Positions 49,301 to 63,355 of a stretch of 64,000 bases of DNA are shown piece after piece. A program made the translations under genes and the position numbers. Within the stretch, counting starts at the first letter, position 1, and each line of letters opens with the position of its first letter. Origin of the DNA: Octopus sinensis. Lineage: Eukaryota. The stretch is from contig NC_043002.1 of assembly GCF_006345805.1 (NCBI RefSeq), forward strand, positions 76,632,001-76,696,000. The letters run 5' to 3'. The notes under the pieces were generated by a model. That model was not told the origin of the DNA, searched no databases, and worked only from the letters and a program-made list of their open reading frames with translations.

Positions 49301-51666
49301 GATGATCACCGTAATATAATATTTAGAGGATTAAATTTTTAACGGCTTTTTTTATTCCAAAGTGTCGGTTGTTGGGGAAGGGGAAAATGCCTTGAACCTT
49401 CACACATTGGAACAGCTGAACGATGTTGTCTTTTATTTAATGCTAAGTCAGTCAGTTGCCAACACAAATAATAGATTAATCTGAAATAGTCTTTATTTTT
49501 ATCTACTCGGACCAATTTAACCTAGATAATCCACTTAGATTGTTTTGTTGTTTTTGTTTTTAGCCGACCGGTAAACATTTGTCGGTATTCATTTGCTATC
49601 ACTTCGGTTTTATACATATATATGTATACGAGTAAATAATTTGCTTTCTGATAAAGCAAGCAAAAAAAAAAAAAAAGTTTTTCCCTCCAACTGCCATATT
49701 TTTTCTTGCAACTGTTTTAATTAGCTGTCTATGAGAGCAAGTAGGTGGGTGGAATTGTTAGATTATTCAGGGTTATTTAGTGTATAAAGTACTGGAGTCT
49801 AGAATATAGTGGTTTCATGTTTTCGCAACCACTAAGATATACATAGGATGTCTGTCTGTTGAGGTAAAAACTAAACAGAAAAGACGGAGGCTTTCAGAAG
49901 TGCAACTTACACACTAGGCGTGTTTATCTAATGTCGGTGTGTGTGTGTGTGTGTGTATAATATATATAAATAATATATACATACATACATCCTGTACTAG
50001 CTGGAGACAAATTAACCTCTCGAGTGAATTGTATTTTCGCGGAATATAGCAGATAATGACATTACTAGATAAATATTTTGTCAACTAAATTACTGTGAGC
50101 ATAAACTAAAATAGCTTAAATATTAACTTGTTTTACTCATAATTGTTTTCACTTATGAAATGTTAATGTTCACTTTATTATTATTAATTATCATTATAAT
50201 CTCTTTTTCATTAATTATTATAATAAACAAACGTGTTCGGTTTAATTGTGAGAATAGATACATGTCATAAAGTTTTACTGTGGGGTAATAGAATCAAAGA
50301 GAAAACAAAAAGGAGATATTTAATTTCTCATGTGAATGGATAATAGGGAACTTGAATTGCTTGTTGGTTACAGTGGGTGAACAAGATTTACTGTTTACTA
50401 CGAAGCGTCTTACTCATGCAAGCATGAAAATAACGACGTAAAACCGAACGGATCTGAATGCTTAATGGTATGATTGTGGTAGTGTGAAGAAGATATGTAA
50501 TCATATACCTTCGTTAAACACGAGCTGTTGTCATTGTTCTGCTCCAGTTTGGCTTAGGATATTATTTTTGATTTCCATAACATGCTGTGGATACACATAG
50601 GTTGATTTTAAAATGGTGTCTTTAAGCAGTTTACTTGTTGTTGAATTTGTTCTGGGAATGGCACTCTGACAGCAGATTTACCAAATTGTTGTCTAATGCT
50701 TGCTAAAAAGATAAGTGTCTGGACGAGTAGTAGAACTGAAATTATAGATCCAGCATGGTCTTAACTGTTACACCCTGTACTAAGAGAAATATATATATAT
50801 ATTTATTAACTGGTAGTTTTATTGCTTGTCATGTGAAAACACAGGGTGGGTGTTGCTATAATATTTTTTTATAGTTTTTCATTTTTGTTTTCTAAGCTAT
50901 AGTTCTTTGATAAAGAACAATGTAAATTTTATTGCTCCGTGTTATTAATTTGACTAGCAACAACTATGTATTTGACATGTTGTTACAGTGAGTCATTGGC
51001 ATAGATTTCAAAGCTGATTCCTATGTGAATCGAGAATTTCTATGTAACACACTCTAACACACTCGCAGCTTTGATCCTTCCAGAGTAATTATAGGAATAT
51101 TGGAGTGGACTGAGTGTGCTTAATTAAGTGTGGAAGCATAATAAGTAGTTAGTAATCAGCTATGAAGCTTCGTTACTTTATTCTTCAACTGAGTGCTACA
51201 TGTTTATTTAATTAACACTTTGCCTAACCCTTAAAACATGGAGTCTCACTAAAGTATATGGAATTTTAGCAACTTTGAAATATGTTTTTGTTAGACATAA
51301 TGTTTTTCCTATTCACTTTGGTGGTCTGATGCCAGTAAATTTAGGTGGAACTTAATCTTACTAATAATACTCAACTTCAAAATATGTGTTAGGTTATGTA
51401 ATAATTACATAAACCTATCACTTATAGTAAATTGCTTTATAGAATGCAAGAAATCATAACAGATATTGAATTAATTTTCTGACTTTGGAATGGTTAGAAC
51501 TAGAAAAGCGAGGTAAAATTAATTTTCATTTTAATAATTTCTACTTAGCAAAAGATTAATTTTGTTATATGTGTGTGTGTGTTTTGTTAGCTACTAAAGT
51601 TTTGTTTTATTCTTAAGTTCAGATGTACTTCAAAAATACTTGTGTGTGTTTGTGTACATACACACA

Positions 51667-51713
<47 letters not shown>

Positions 51714-52784
51714 ATGTATGTATGTATATATATATATATATCCATCCATCCATCCATCCAGGCACATGGTTATAAAAGAACAGATGATTTCTCCTCCTCC
51801 TCAGCTTGCTCCTTTAGGCATCATGGGTCTGTGTCATCAGAAAGTACCACATGAAAGACAGAGGGTGACATGGAGGTGGTGGTGATAGCAACAACAAAAA
51901 AAAAATAGCAAAAATATTTAAAGTATATTCTTCAAGCTGTTGTCATGCTTATTAACTCCCACTAGTTCTACACAAATGACAAATTACTGGATTCTCTGCT
52001 CTGTCCTGGGGCACTAATTGTAGTGCACAGTGAATGAAGGAGGTTGACACTGTGTTTGTATGTTAGCAGGCTAGGAGCAGATGGTCTTTAAGATGTTGAA
52101 CTGGTTTGTTTTGTTGACAGAATAGAAAGTTAATCACAAGTTCTTTAAACAATTATTAGTCAAAATAAATTTTTAAAATTCGATTGTTTTTTTTAAATAT
52201 TTTATCTTTTCGTCTCTTTTCCCTATTCCTTTTAAAGTTTTCATTTATTCAGTCAGTCATTGATTTTTATTATTTCATCTACAAACCTTTCTGTTTTATA
52301 TAGACGGATGTTATATAATTTTGTTCAAGTATTCACATTCTAATCTACTCTTATTGACAGTGGATGATTCACACCTCTGTGTATGTGATTAATGCCGTGC
52401 ACCAGTTATAGTGTTGCCTTATGTGCTATCCTCTTGCCTTCTTGGCCGGTAATCAAACTTAGTTGGTATGCTGATCTGTTCTAAAGTATTAAGATTATAA
52501 CTTTTACTGTCTCTTTTAACTTTGCTTCACCAAAAGAGATCATTCCCAATGGAATTGGATTTCCCCTATTTGTAGCTGATTGTTTAAACTAACTTCAAAA
52601 ACAAAATACTTTCTTTCAACTTTGTCTCTATGTCTCGCCTCTCTTTCACACTATCTTTCTTAATTGTCGGACACACTTTCTCTCTCATCTACATGTAAGA
52701 GAGATGTGGATAATTTTTTTTTACCCGTATACCAGTGTCGTTTGGACTACACTAGCTGGAATAAATACATCACTGTTGCACATA

Positions 52785-52825
<41 letters not shown>

Positions 52826-53671
52826 ATACAAGTATGCATACATAGTATGAGAGCAAGCAAACCTGTATTTGCAATGAAATAAATAAGTTACAGCTGTACT
52901 GGAGAAAACTTCAGTTTGAAGGAAGAGTCCTGGTTTAGTGTACCTGTGTATGTATGTGTGTGTGTGTATGTGTGTGTCAAATAGCTCAAGTGTTCATACT
53001 TGACATTAAAGAGATAGTATTCATTGTTTTAGTGAAGTAGCTTACTAACACTGTCATGTACTTACAAGTCACATTTTACAATGACCTACACTTGACAGAC
53101 TTTTGTTCGTGTTGTTATTGTTAAAGTCTATTGCCAAACAGTCAATGCTTTGTTCATAACTTGTTCATAGTTTCTCTACACTTACATATTTATGTTTGTG
53201 TGTGTGTGCTTATTGCTATATCTGAGTGTGTAGGTACGCTCACATTTTTCCCAGCATAAACTCATACACTTATACATTTTTACATGCGTTTCTCTGCATA
53301 AGTACACACCTGCACGCATGTATATCCTGATAACATCTGCACATATGCATTGTATGTCCATTTGCCAAATAAGCACTAGTGCTTGTATAAAATAGATGTA
53401 CACACTTATGTAGTACACACATGCACACAAAATATAGTCATATAATAATTTTTTTTTTTTTCTATTTAAATTCATGTTTCATAATTTACTAAAAATAGCT
53501 CTAACATTTAATTAGATATTTTCAACACCATTTTTATTTTTTTATCAAAGCTTTTGACATTTCAGAAATTTTGATCAAAATCGGTATAACTTCTGAAAAC
53601 ATTCTTTCTTTTCATGTGTGGATTTTAATGAACACACAATTAGAAAATCACTATCTAAATTATTATTATTA

Positions 53672-53845
53672 AGTTGGCGAGCTGGTAGAATCGTTGGCAT
53701 GTGGGACAAAATGCTTAGTGACTTTTCATCTGTCTTTGTGTTCTGAGTTCAAATGCTGCCAGGGCTATCTTTGCCTTTCATCCTTTCTGGGTCCACAAAA
53801 TAAGTACCAGTTATATCTTGGGGTCAATGTAATTGATTAACCCCC
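53672..53845 (+). mobile_element. SINE family B copy, CpG-decayed
   Basis: Collinear with 23233-23460, with most CpG positions changed to TG/CA. Confidence 0.75.
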
Positions 53846-53879
53846 TCCCACCAAACAAACCAACACTGTTTATCAATCA

Positions 53880-54075
53880 GTGGGAGTACAAAGACACACA
53901 CAAATTCATATGCACATGATCAGCTTATTTCACTTTCCATCTACCAAATTCACATACACAAGCACTGGTTGGCCTTGGGCTATAGCAGAAGACACTTACG
54001 CAAGGTGTCACGTAATGGGACTGAACCTGAAACCATGAGGTTGGCAAATGAGCTTCTTAATCAAGCAGCCTGCAT
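53880..54075 (-). mobile_element. SINE family A 5'-half, CpG-decayed
   Basis: GGGCTATAGCAGAAGACACTT...GGGACTGAACCTGAAACCATG. Confidence 0.65.
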
Positions 54076-54299
54076 CTGTGTGTATGTATATATGTAACTA
54101 TTTGGACTTTGGATACATGCCAATTAAAGTACATTCACTGTTTGGGCTACATGGTGTCATCCACAGTTACGATATAATTTTCACTGGATCTGTGTCAAGA
54201 AATCTGCAGTGTTGGTGTAGAAAATTTATCCCATTAAACTCAGCCCAACCCATACAAGCTTGGAAAAGTAGATGTTAAAACAATGATGACAATGTGGAA

Positions 54300-54392
54300 A
54301 GACCTAGGAAGACGTGGAACAAAGTGGTGAGAAAGGATCTTCAGACACTGGGTCTAATTAAGGAGATGACACGGGAGCAAGACTTGTGGTGA
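54300..54392 (+). mobile_element. Short RTE-like LINE C-terminal fragment
   Basis: Translates to RPRKTWNKVVRKDLQTLGLIKEMTREQDLW*, typical of the end of the RTE ORF. Confidence 0.65.
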
Positions 54393-55024
54393 GGAAGGAA
54401 ATGGAAAATGGGTTTAGTACTAAAAATTCGTACTAAATCCATCTTTTGTTTCCTTCATCAGTTTATTTGTTGGCAGGATCCTGTTAAATTAGGTTGGTAG
54501 AAATAGTACAGAGTCCTGCTGAATGGACTATACCAGTTCTTGGACAAGGGATTTAATCTTTTGTAAGAATATGAACTAGCTTTCAGTTCTGACATTGATT
54601 TGATATCTTGGTGCATTTCTTTCTGCTACAGCAACCTAAAAGTTATGGGGGGGTTTTTTCCCCACTTCTCCTTCTTCCTTTTGAGTAAGCTATAAAACAA
54701 AATGTCCATTTACTGATTAGATTTATGAGACTGTCATCTCTGCTGAACTTTAGTTAGTGATCTTTACCTTAACCATTGTGTGTTAATGTGCTAAAGTGAT
54801 AAAGTTTCCTATACTCATTGTCATTTTGTAGTGAAATGCCTGTTAAATCATGTACCTAGCACTATCTTCTTATTATAGTGATGATTATGTGTTTGAAAAG
54901 CCTCTCTTTCTGTCTTTCCTCCTTAAGTCAAATTTCAAAAAACTTCAGTAATAATTGCAAGGCCAAAAGAGAACTTCATCAGCAAGCTGAAACCTGAAAT
55001 TGAACCAGGGTTATGGTATTTCTT

Positions 55025-55251
55025 TTGACCCTTAGCATTCAGATTATTCTATCAAATGTAATGCTTATTGAGTCACTTTGTTTTAAATTAATCACACATT
55101 ATCTTGTAGCTTCAAGATTTTTATGAAGTGATTGCTTATTTTTGACATGGCATTGTATGATGGGTTTGAGAGTCTGGATCTGGTCAGTTTGTACATAAAA
55201 TGGGTAGAATATTTTGGCCAGATACGACCAGTTTGAATGCTAAAGTGTTAT
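55025..55251 (+). mobile_element. piggyBac-like MITE family copy
   Basis: TTGACCCTTAGCATTC...GAATGCTAAAGTGTTA terminal symmetry, homologous to the copies at 8965 and 61341. Confidence 0.65.
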
Positions 55252-58200
55252 TCTAACATTCTCTTAATGGAGCCATTTTAGTTTTTTTGCAAATGGCTTC
55301 ATGAGATGTCTTTAAAATAGGAATATTTTGCCAAAGTATACCCAACAGAATTCATTAAATAATGGCTGAAGAGAAAATCCAGTTCCAAATTAAAAAAAGT
55401 AATTTAAAATGTAATAGCTTTTTTTTGTTTTGTACAGTTTTTACAACTTTATCTTGCTTGTTTTTTGTTTGAGATCTATGTTTTTGCAGAAGTAATAATA
55501 GAACAATTGTGTTGCATGTATGCATTTGTCTTAGGATTAAGCATCAGACATACCAGGGTTTATTAAATACAATTCAATTGTTATTTGACCTGCTGAAAAT
55601 AGCAGTCAAAGGATACACTGAACGATATAGTTGCTGATATGCAAACAATGGAACTGTTATGACCAGGACTAAACTCCTAAGTTCCGTATACCCTAGGAGT
55701 ATAGTTGGTATATAACCTAAAATCACATGCATATGTTTTATACACTCAGTGATTTATGGAAAACAACACCTGACGAAACATTGAGCCTAAAGAAAAATTA
55801 GGAACTTTAAGAGACTACTTGCTGTTGTTTCATGTTATTTATACTTTTTAGTGAGGAACACTTTTGCATATAAGAGTAGCCTTGATGAGTGGTATGTATC
55901 CTAACATTAGAATTCAGCTGGGATAGAAAGACTTAATATCTCTTTTATTGCTAAAATACATAAATATTGTATGAATGTTAAACTTAAAACCTGATGACTT
56001 TTTTCTTGTGTAAGATTACTTATATTGTACATACTGTTTGAAATATCTGAATGTAGAAAAATGAGCATTTTATCAAAGACTTGAATTATTTTAATATTAA
56101 TTTTTCCCTGTTTGCCTGGGTCAGATGGAATTTGTTGCGGCGGATTTTCAACAACTGGATACCCTTCCTTTTGTCAGTCCTTACATGTTCCAAGCATGAC
56201 TAGGTGTATTTTCATGGCAGGTTAGAAAGAATAAATGAGACCACATGTATGGCTGTAACACTCATTTATAGCCATCATGCAATGTCAAGACAGTTTCTGT
56301 CTAATAAATCCACTCGCAGGTCTCGCTTGGCTTGGGGTTATAGGGAAAAACCATTTACCCTAGGAGCCATGCAGTAAGACTGAAACCCCGAGTATAATGT
56401 GATTTCACACAGCCATGCTTACCACTGTTCCAAAATAGGTGGAAATGAGAATATATATCTGAAATATAATAAAGCTCACGTGTAACTTTCTCTTTGTTAT
56501 TGGCTTTGTAAATGCACTTAGGGACAGTGTGTGATGGAGGTTTAATTTTTATTGCATTCTGAAAACTCACCAGAAAACCATGCTTTGAGTTAGCAGAGAA
56601 AGAGAGATAGAGATAGAGAGAAAAGAATCTTGTTCTCACAGCATTTATATTTATCTGTAATATATTTTAAGTAGTGTAAGAATCTATCATTAAACACTAG
56701 TTCACAACATTTATTCATGTGATTCTCACTGTTTGTTCTCTGCTATGTAATCCTATCACCTGAGGCAGTTTTAAATGAGGTGGTTCTTCTCGTTACTGAA
56801 CAACTAGGATAATATGCCAAATTTCTGACATTATTCATTTTCCTAATATGTTTTAGATAACAGATGAACTTCCCACTTTACATTCCCTGTAATAAGTCCC
56901 AAGAATTTTGTTATACAATCTAATATATCCACCGCCGCCACTACCACCCTTTTGTTTCTGAGATGAAAGGATGTGATATTTGGCTTCTATCTCTTGCAAA
57001 TTGAGCAACCATGTTGAAGGCCTTCCAATTTGTTTGTAGTGGTAATGATACGATTTCCTTTTCACTCCTAAATTACGTGTGTGTGCGTGTGGTTTCTTTA
57101 TATCTTTTGTTTGTTTTAATTAACTCTTTTTTAATAGTAACCATCCTCTCTTTTGAGGGGTTTATATCTAAATAAATAGATTTTAAATTCAACACAAAGA
57201 TGATCAACTTTTTAATTACATCTTATTTTGTAAATTGTGAAAACTAGCCTGTGTGTTTGTGTTTTGTGGGTGGTGTTGGTAGTGAGGTTACTACTTTATA
57301 GTTTGACTGAAGCCAATATCCTTAATGTATGTTATGTATGGCCTGCCATAAAAATTGCCTTATACTAAATATAGTGTAGCTCTGATTTTTATTTGCGTAG
57401 TGTTGGTGTTGATAGAGCTTGTCTATATCAGCTTAATTGTATACAGTGAATTATTGATTGTCATTTTATAGTCATAAAGATATCAATCGTTTTGATATCT
57501 AATATGAATAAACACATATCTGTAAATGGTGTTCCAATAACATCATTGGAAAAATGTCAAATAAATTAAATAAATATTTTAGCTTTGTCCAGGGTCAATA
57601 ATATTGTTTTCCTCTCTTGTTAAGTGCTTATTGTTTCCTCAATGATTTGTAAAATCCTCTTTATTTGGTTTTAGATTTTGTAATTTTTTTTCTCTGTCTT
57701 TTCATTACTTTTACAACAATAGACAAGTTGTGTGCTTTTTTTATTATTATTGTTTTATTTTTACTTTCTTTAGTTTACTTTGATAATTACTTGCTTATCA
57801 AGACTATATATTTTGAAAATTTAGCCAAAATGACACGGAGTATAACTGATAGTTTAATAACTTGATAGTTTAGTTTACAATAACAAGGAAGGCAATCTTT
57901 CAGGTTGTTCTTTTTATATTTTTACTTGCTATTTTATTAACTTTATTTGTTAACCAATTTGTTTTTACTAGAATAATGCTAAAATGTATAAAAATGCAAC
58001 ATTACTAATTACAAGTTGGCACTTATGTTGTAACGCTATATATATATAAAATATATGTTTTTCTAGTGAATGATAAAAGGTTTTTTCCTATTGTTTTCCT
58101 CTATCTCTCTTAGTGTAATGGTTTCCGTTAATGATTTCTTGTATAATTGAAATTGCTTAATGTGTGTAAATTTCCCATATATGTTATTTTGTACATGGCT

Positions 58201-59718
58201 AAATACTGAATTGACAATAATTTGAGATGATAGCTGAGAAAATTATAACAAAGGCATTGCTCCAGTATGGCAAAAGCTGACAGGCTGCACTGTAAGTTAT
58301 GTTGGAACTGAGCAAGTTTTTTGGGTTTCCTTTTTTTATGTATGGCTTAGGTCAGGAGGAAGGGGACAATGATCAAGACCTCTTCAGGCTCTCTGAGAGT
58401 GATGAGATTAATACAACTGAACATTTGTTATTCACTTTGGGTGAGCGTGAGTGAGGACCTGTTAGAGAAGGACTGAATATAAAATTCAGTACAAGAACTG
58501 AGGGAGGGGTGAAGTGAGACAGTGGTATGTAATTAGTTGATTCACAGGTTGTTGTCTTAATAGTAGCTTTACTGATTGAATGGCAGTGGATCAGCCTTTG
58601 TTATTCTGTCAATGGAGTTCTTTTTGATGTTCTGGATTTGCTTATGGTATCATCATCCTAGATGTAGGAATAGTGCTCCATTGTAGGTAGCTGGTCTTAC
58701 TTCAACCCTATAAAGCTCAAGTATTTCCTGGAATTTTTACAATGACTATGTATTTCTTGTTCCTGATAAGGAAGTCTCTTTTGGTATGTTAGGATCACCA
58801 GGAAAGATCAAGAGCCTCTACTGTGTAGCTACAAATGCTAGTGGTAGCAGCTAAATTTCTCTCATTTGTACCCAACTTTACAAAGAAGAACTTTGTCTGA
58901 AGAACTGACCAGATCCGGCAACTTTAAATATAAGCTGGTACCATTTTTACCAAATCAGCCATTGACCTTGCTGTATTGTTATCTAAAGTAACAAGATCCA
59001 TATATCAACATATCTTATTACATTTGTTATAAAATGCTTAAAATGTTTTGAGTGATTGTTATATTAAGTATTATATAGTGATATTTCAATCCATTCCTGA
59101 TGTTTACAGTGACATCAAAAGTTGTGATTATTCTCTTTCTCTTTTTGAGCGCTAGGTTATTTCAACTGTATATAAACAGAGAAGAGTTCTTTTTTCTAGT
59201 TTTATCTTTAAAGCTACATACTCTTTTACAGAAGGTGCATGTTTGCGAGTAGTTATAATTTGGACAGTGAGGAAGTAAATTAGATTGAAGTAATGAATGT
59301 CATGTTTGATAATACATACACCAGTTACTGTTCCACATATGGGGAAAGTAAAATTAAATTTTATGAAACATTGCTAATTGGTAAAGAGATGAAAGATTGT
59401 GGCTGGGATGGAGAGAAACAGAGATATAAAGAGTTAATGTGAACTACAAGCATAATGTATTTTGAATCCTAAGATGCAGTTTCTGAATGTGTGAACATCT
59501 TATATATAAATCTTGTTTCTTTTTAGAAGCTACTTGTCTAATGCAATTTATGGCAAGTATGGAGGAAGTGTGTAAGTAAGTGGTAGGGTTCAGGTTTTCT
59601 CTTGTAGTGAGGTTATATAATGAAGCAACTCCCTCAACCACAATAAACACTGATATATACTAATATTTAATAAAACGTTAAGTAATGTTGATATTGAGAA
59701 ATTATCTGCTGGATCTTT

Positions 59719-59749
<31 letters not shown>

Positions 59750-61340
59750 CTGGTACAAAGTTGTTAGGGAAGTAGAGGAAAACGTATTTTAAGATGTCTT
59801 GCAGTTTATCCAATTCCGCGAAAATGCACTTGGTTCACTCTCCAAAGTGGTTGGCATCGGGCAAAGCATCCAGACACTGCAGACATTATGTCAAAGCTTA
59901 AACACTGGAGCAAAACGGCATCCACTTACCTATTGGATCCTGTAAAACCATACAACCCATGCCATCCTGAAAAACAAATGATTATGATGATATTTTTGTC
60001 TATGCTATTGTTTAAACCCAGGTCAACTCTAATCTAGCAGATTTGATCAAAGGTATACAAGCTGTGATCATCCCAGTTTGTTTATTTATTTAATCATTTA
60101 TTTATTTTGGTGGGTGGGATGTTATTCCAATGTACTTTTCAGATTAAAATAATAGAAATCTCCTAAGTCTGCATTGTCACTATTTTCCTAGTGTTTTTTA
60201 CTGCTCACCGCATTATCTGTCTTGATTATAGATTTTTATGAATGTGTGAATGGCCATTCTGGAGAAATTTCTCTGAATAATTTATTCTCCAAAAATATAT
60301 CTGGAGCCACGTTATCTTATGTCTTCTTTTTGTTGTTTTTTTTTAATGCTGGTAACATGCAATTTCAGAATTGGCTGTTATTTCTAGCAGGTTAAGCTAC
60401 CACGTAGAGGCTCTCTTGTTTGCTTGTTGTACATATTGTTTTCCATGTTGATTAAAGAAATGTAAAGCAAAATGATTCCTCTGTAGCTTTCTCCAGCTTT
60501 TGGTCAAGGTATCCAAGTCTCTTTAACATTATATAGTATAGTATTCCCGACCTCTTTATTTCTTTAGTTTTTTGTTATTTATTTTCTAGTTTGAGAAAAC
60601 CTTGCCCTCCCTACCCTCAAATCCCACACCTGGAAAAAGCTAAAAGAAAAAAAGACAAATCGATCATAATGAATGATACACAAACCACTTAGATTACAGG
60701 CAATTGCTTCAGGTTAACCATGTTATGTAATATTACCTGATATATTCTCGCAGGCAACTTTCTATTCATTTAGCAACCAGTTAGAAAGCCATTTTATTTT
60801 AAAATGGTTCAATCGTTTTCTTAGTTTATTTTTTATTTTTATTTTTTTTCCCCATAGTCTTTAATCAATGAATTTTTTTTTAATATAATAAATAAATAAA
60901 AATCTAAATTAAATTTACCCTTATATTGTTCAATTATTCCACTTAATTAGTTATACCATAATTGAAAAAATAAAAACCAACAAAAATAATAAAAGGAAAA
61001 AAAAATATCACTTTCAAATGTATTTATAATGAAGAAGGAAAGAAAGGAGAAAAAATCTAAGCAGCTATTGATTTATAAAATTATAAAAGCTGGCAATTAA
61101 TACACTTTTAATGGAAGCTAAATAGATAACTATTGTAGATATTTTGCTTTGGTTTTTAGCCTTTACTAAAGGATGACAAACTTTATAAAATTAGAGAATA
61201 CATGTGAATGACAGTCCTCATATCTAGTGGAGCACTTCATATTGTTTGGTTAGCTCAGCCAGGCCATGACCACTGGCATTCCTACTGTGACTGTCCCATC
61301 TAATTTATGCAGCATTGTGTCCATTTTTTTCTTCTTTTAA

Positions 61341-61827
61341 CCCATTAGTATTTAAACTGACTTCATCTGGCCCAATATTCTACCTGTTTTATGTTCAAAA
61401 TGGCTGGATCCAGCCTCTCATACCTACCCTACAATGTCATTCTGAAAATAAACAATCACACCAAAACCTCAAAGCTACAAGACAATGCATGGTTAATTCA
61501 AAGCCATGTGAATAAGTGATCATTACAATAAATGACTGAGAGGTGGGGGTGTATGGCTTAGTGGTTAGGGTGCTGGACTCGTGATTGTAAGATTGTGGTT
61601 TCAATTCCTGGACCGGATGATGGGTTATGTTCTTGAGCAAATCACTTCATTTCACACTGCTCCAGTCCACTCAGCTGGTAAAAATGAGTAATCCTGTTCC
61701 TGTGTTGACCTGGCATCCTGTTCAGGAACAAACATGCATGCCAGAGACACCAGGAAACTGGTCCTAAGCTTCTTATGGACTTATGTGGACTAGCTCCATA
61801 TTTGACAGTAAACTGAATACTAAAGGG
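61341..61827 (-). mobile_element. piggyBac-like MITE interrupted by a SINE
   Basis: TTAA|CCCATTAGTATT ... AATACTAAAGGG|TTAG (TIR 11/12, TTAA-type target). The MITE sequence breaks after CATTACA (61527) and resumes at TTTGACAG (61801). Confidence 0.7.
61545..61790 (+). mobile_element. SINE family C copy nested in a piggyBac-like MITE
   Basis: Homologous to 44272-44490. Confidence 0.75.
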
Positions 61828-62593
61828 TTAGGACCATAGAGTGTAAATTCAAGGGAGATTTGGCTGCTATTTCTAGCACAATGATCGACTGCATAGAGGC
61901 TTCATCAATGACTCCCTAACACATTTTATATGTTGAACATGTCACAGTAAAAACAAAATGTTTAGTGTGTGTATATGCCTAGGAAATATTTTATATTGTT
62001 GCTCATAATAATGAAATTTTTAGTCTTCTGACCTTTGTTTCCTTAGCCCTTTCTTTGCTATATTGTTAACTAGCTTTTCAGTGTGTGTTATATTACAAAC
62101 ACACACACACCTGCATATCATACTAAAGTAGTTTTGTGAGTTCTAAAGATATCCTGATTTCCAGAAGTTGCCTTCATCTCCACATATTTCATAGACGTTC
62201 ACAGGAAATCTTGTTAGTTAGCCTCAGGTCGAGCAAACCAAACTCGGTACATTGATGATTGTCTTATCCAAAGTGTCCTCTCTACACCCGTTTAGCTTTT
62301 GTGATTTGAAGAAGATTGAGCTGTTATTTTTAGCAGATTGACTAACGGCATAAATGCTCCTTTGTTAGCTGCTTTTGGTTAAATTATTTTGCGACAGCAG
62401 AAATGCCTGGCTGTAGATGCAAACTTGATTTTGTTCGCATACATTTGTATGTGCGTATGTGCATATATATTTACACACACATTTGCTTCTCTGTTTGTAT
62501 GCATGCATCCACATACACAAACTAAAGATGAACAGCAAAACAAAATCTAGTAATGATTTTATTAATGTTGCAACAGTTTACAGAACATTTCCT

Positions 62594-62625
<32 letters not shown>

Positions 62626-62991
62626 CTCTCTCTCTCTCCTCTCTCTCTCTCCTCTCTCTCTCTCCTCTCTCTCTCTCTATATATATATATGTATGTATGT
62701 ATGTATGTATTATTATTACTGGCCTAATTTTAGGGAGAAACATATTGATTTTATTTATTTTATAGTTTCAAGTCTGCTGAATAATTAAATTTGATATTTT
62801 ATGTATTGTAAAGCATTGTATTGTCGAGTCCCCAAGGAGTGCCTGTGTTATCATAGCAATGCTAAGCAACCTCTCCCCTTAGAGACTATCCAGAAACTCT
62901 GGTCTCATCATGCTAGTTTTTCACAGCTGTAGGCTTATTATATTTACTCTTTTCTATTTCTCCCTCTTTCCATTTATTTATTGTTCTAGAT

Positions 62992-63355
62992 CAGTGGTTC
63001 TCAACTGGGGGCTATATGCCCCCCCCCCCGGGTCCATATATTTTGTTGGGATGGTGGGGTTCCACACCACCAAATAGTAAATTTGGGATCCACACTAGTA
63101 TTTTAAGGGCTCCTGAGAAAATTTTGCTTTAGATGTATGTATTGGTATTTATTGCAGGAAACTGGTGTCTTTCTCTAACATTTTACATAAGCTCCAACTA
63201 CATGAGTTTTAATGTGTGAAAAGCAAAATAGGAAATTTGAAAAAAGTTTCTATAAAACTAGTTTTCAAACATCAAATAGCTATGGGGTTCCACCAGAATA
63301 AAATAATAATCAAAAGGGTCTAAAGATATAAACAAAAAATGGTTGAAAACCCTTG
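62992..63355. mobile_element. hAT-type MITE (364 bp)
   Basis: Left TIR CAGTGGTTCTCAAC, right end GGTTGAAAACCCTTG. Flanks TTCTAGAT / TCCTAAAT match at 6/8. Confidence 0.65.

Noticed and set aside
48720-56875. Acceptor-like pyrimidine tract+AG sites (~48737, ~52360, ~56866) as cryptic groucho exons
   Set aside because: No downstream reading frame resembles Groucho and there is no convincing paired donor. Unsupported without RNA-seq.
58500-58670. Minus-strand RITKAD, resembling a Penelope RT motif
   Set aside because: Too short and not followed by the expected KG...V residues.
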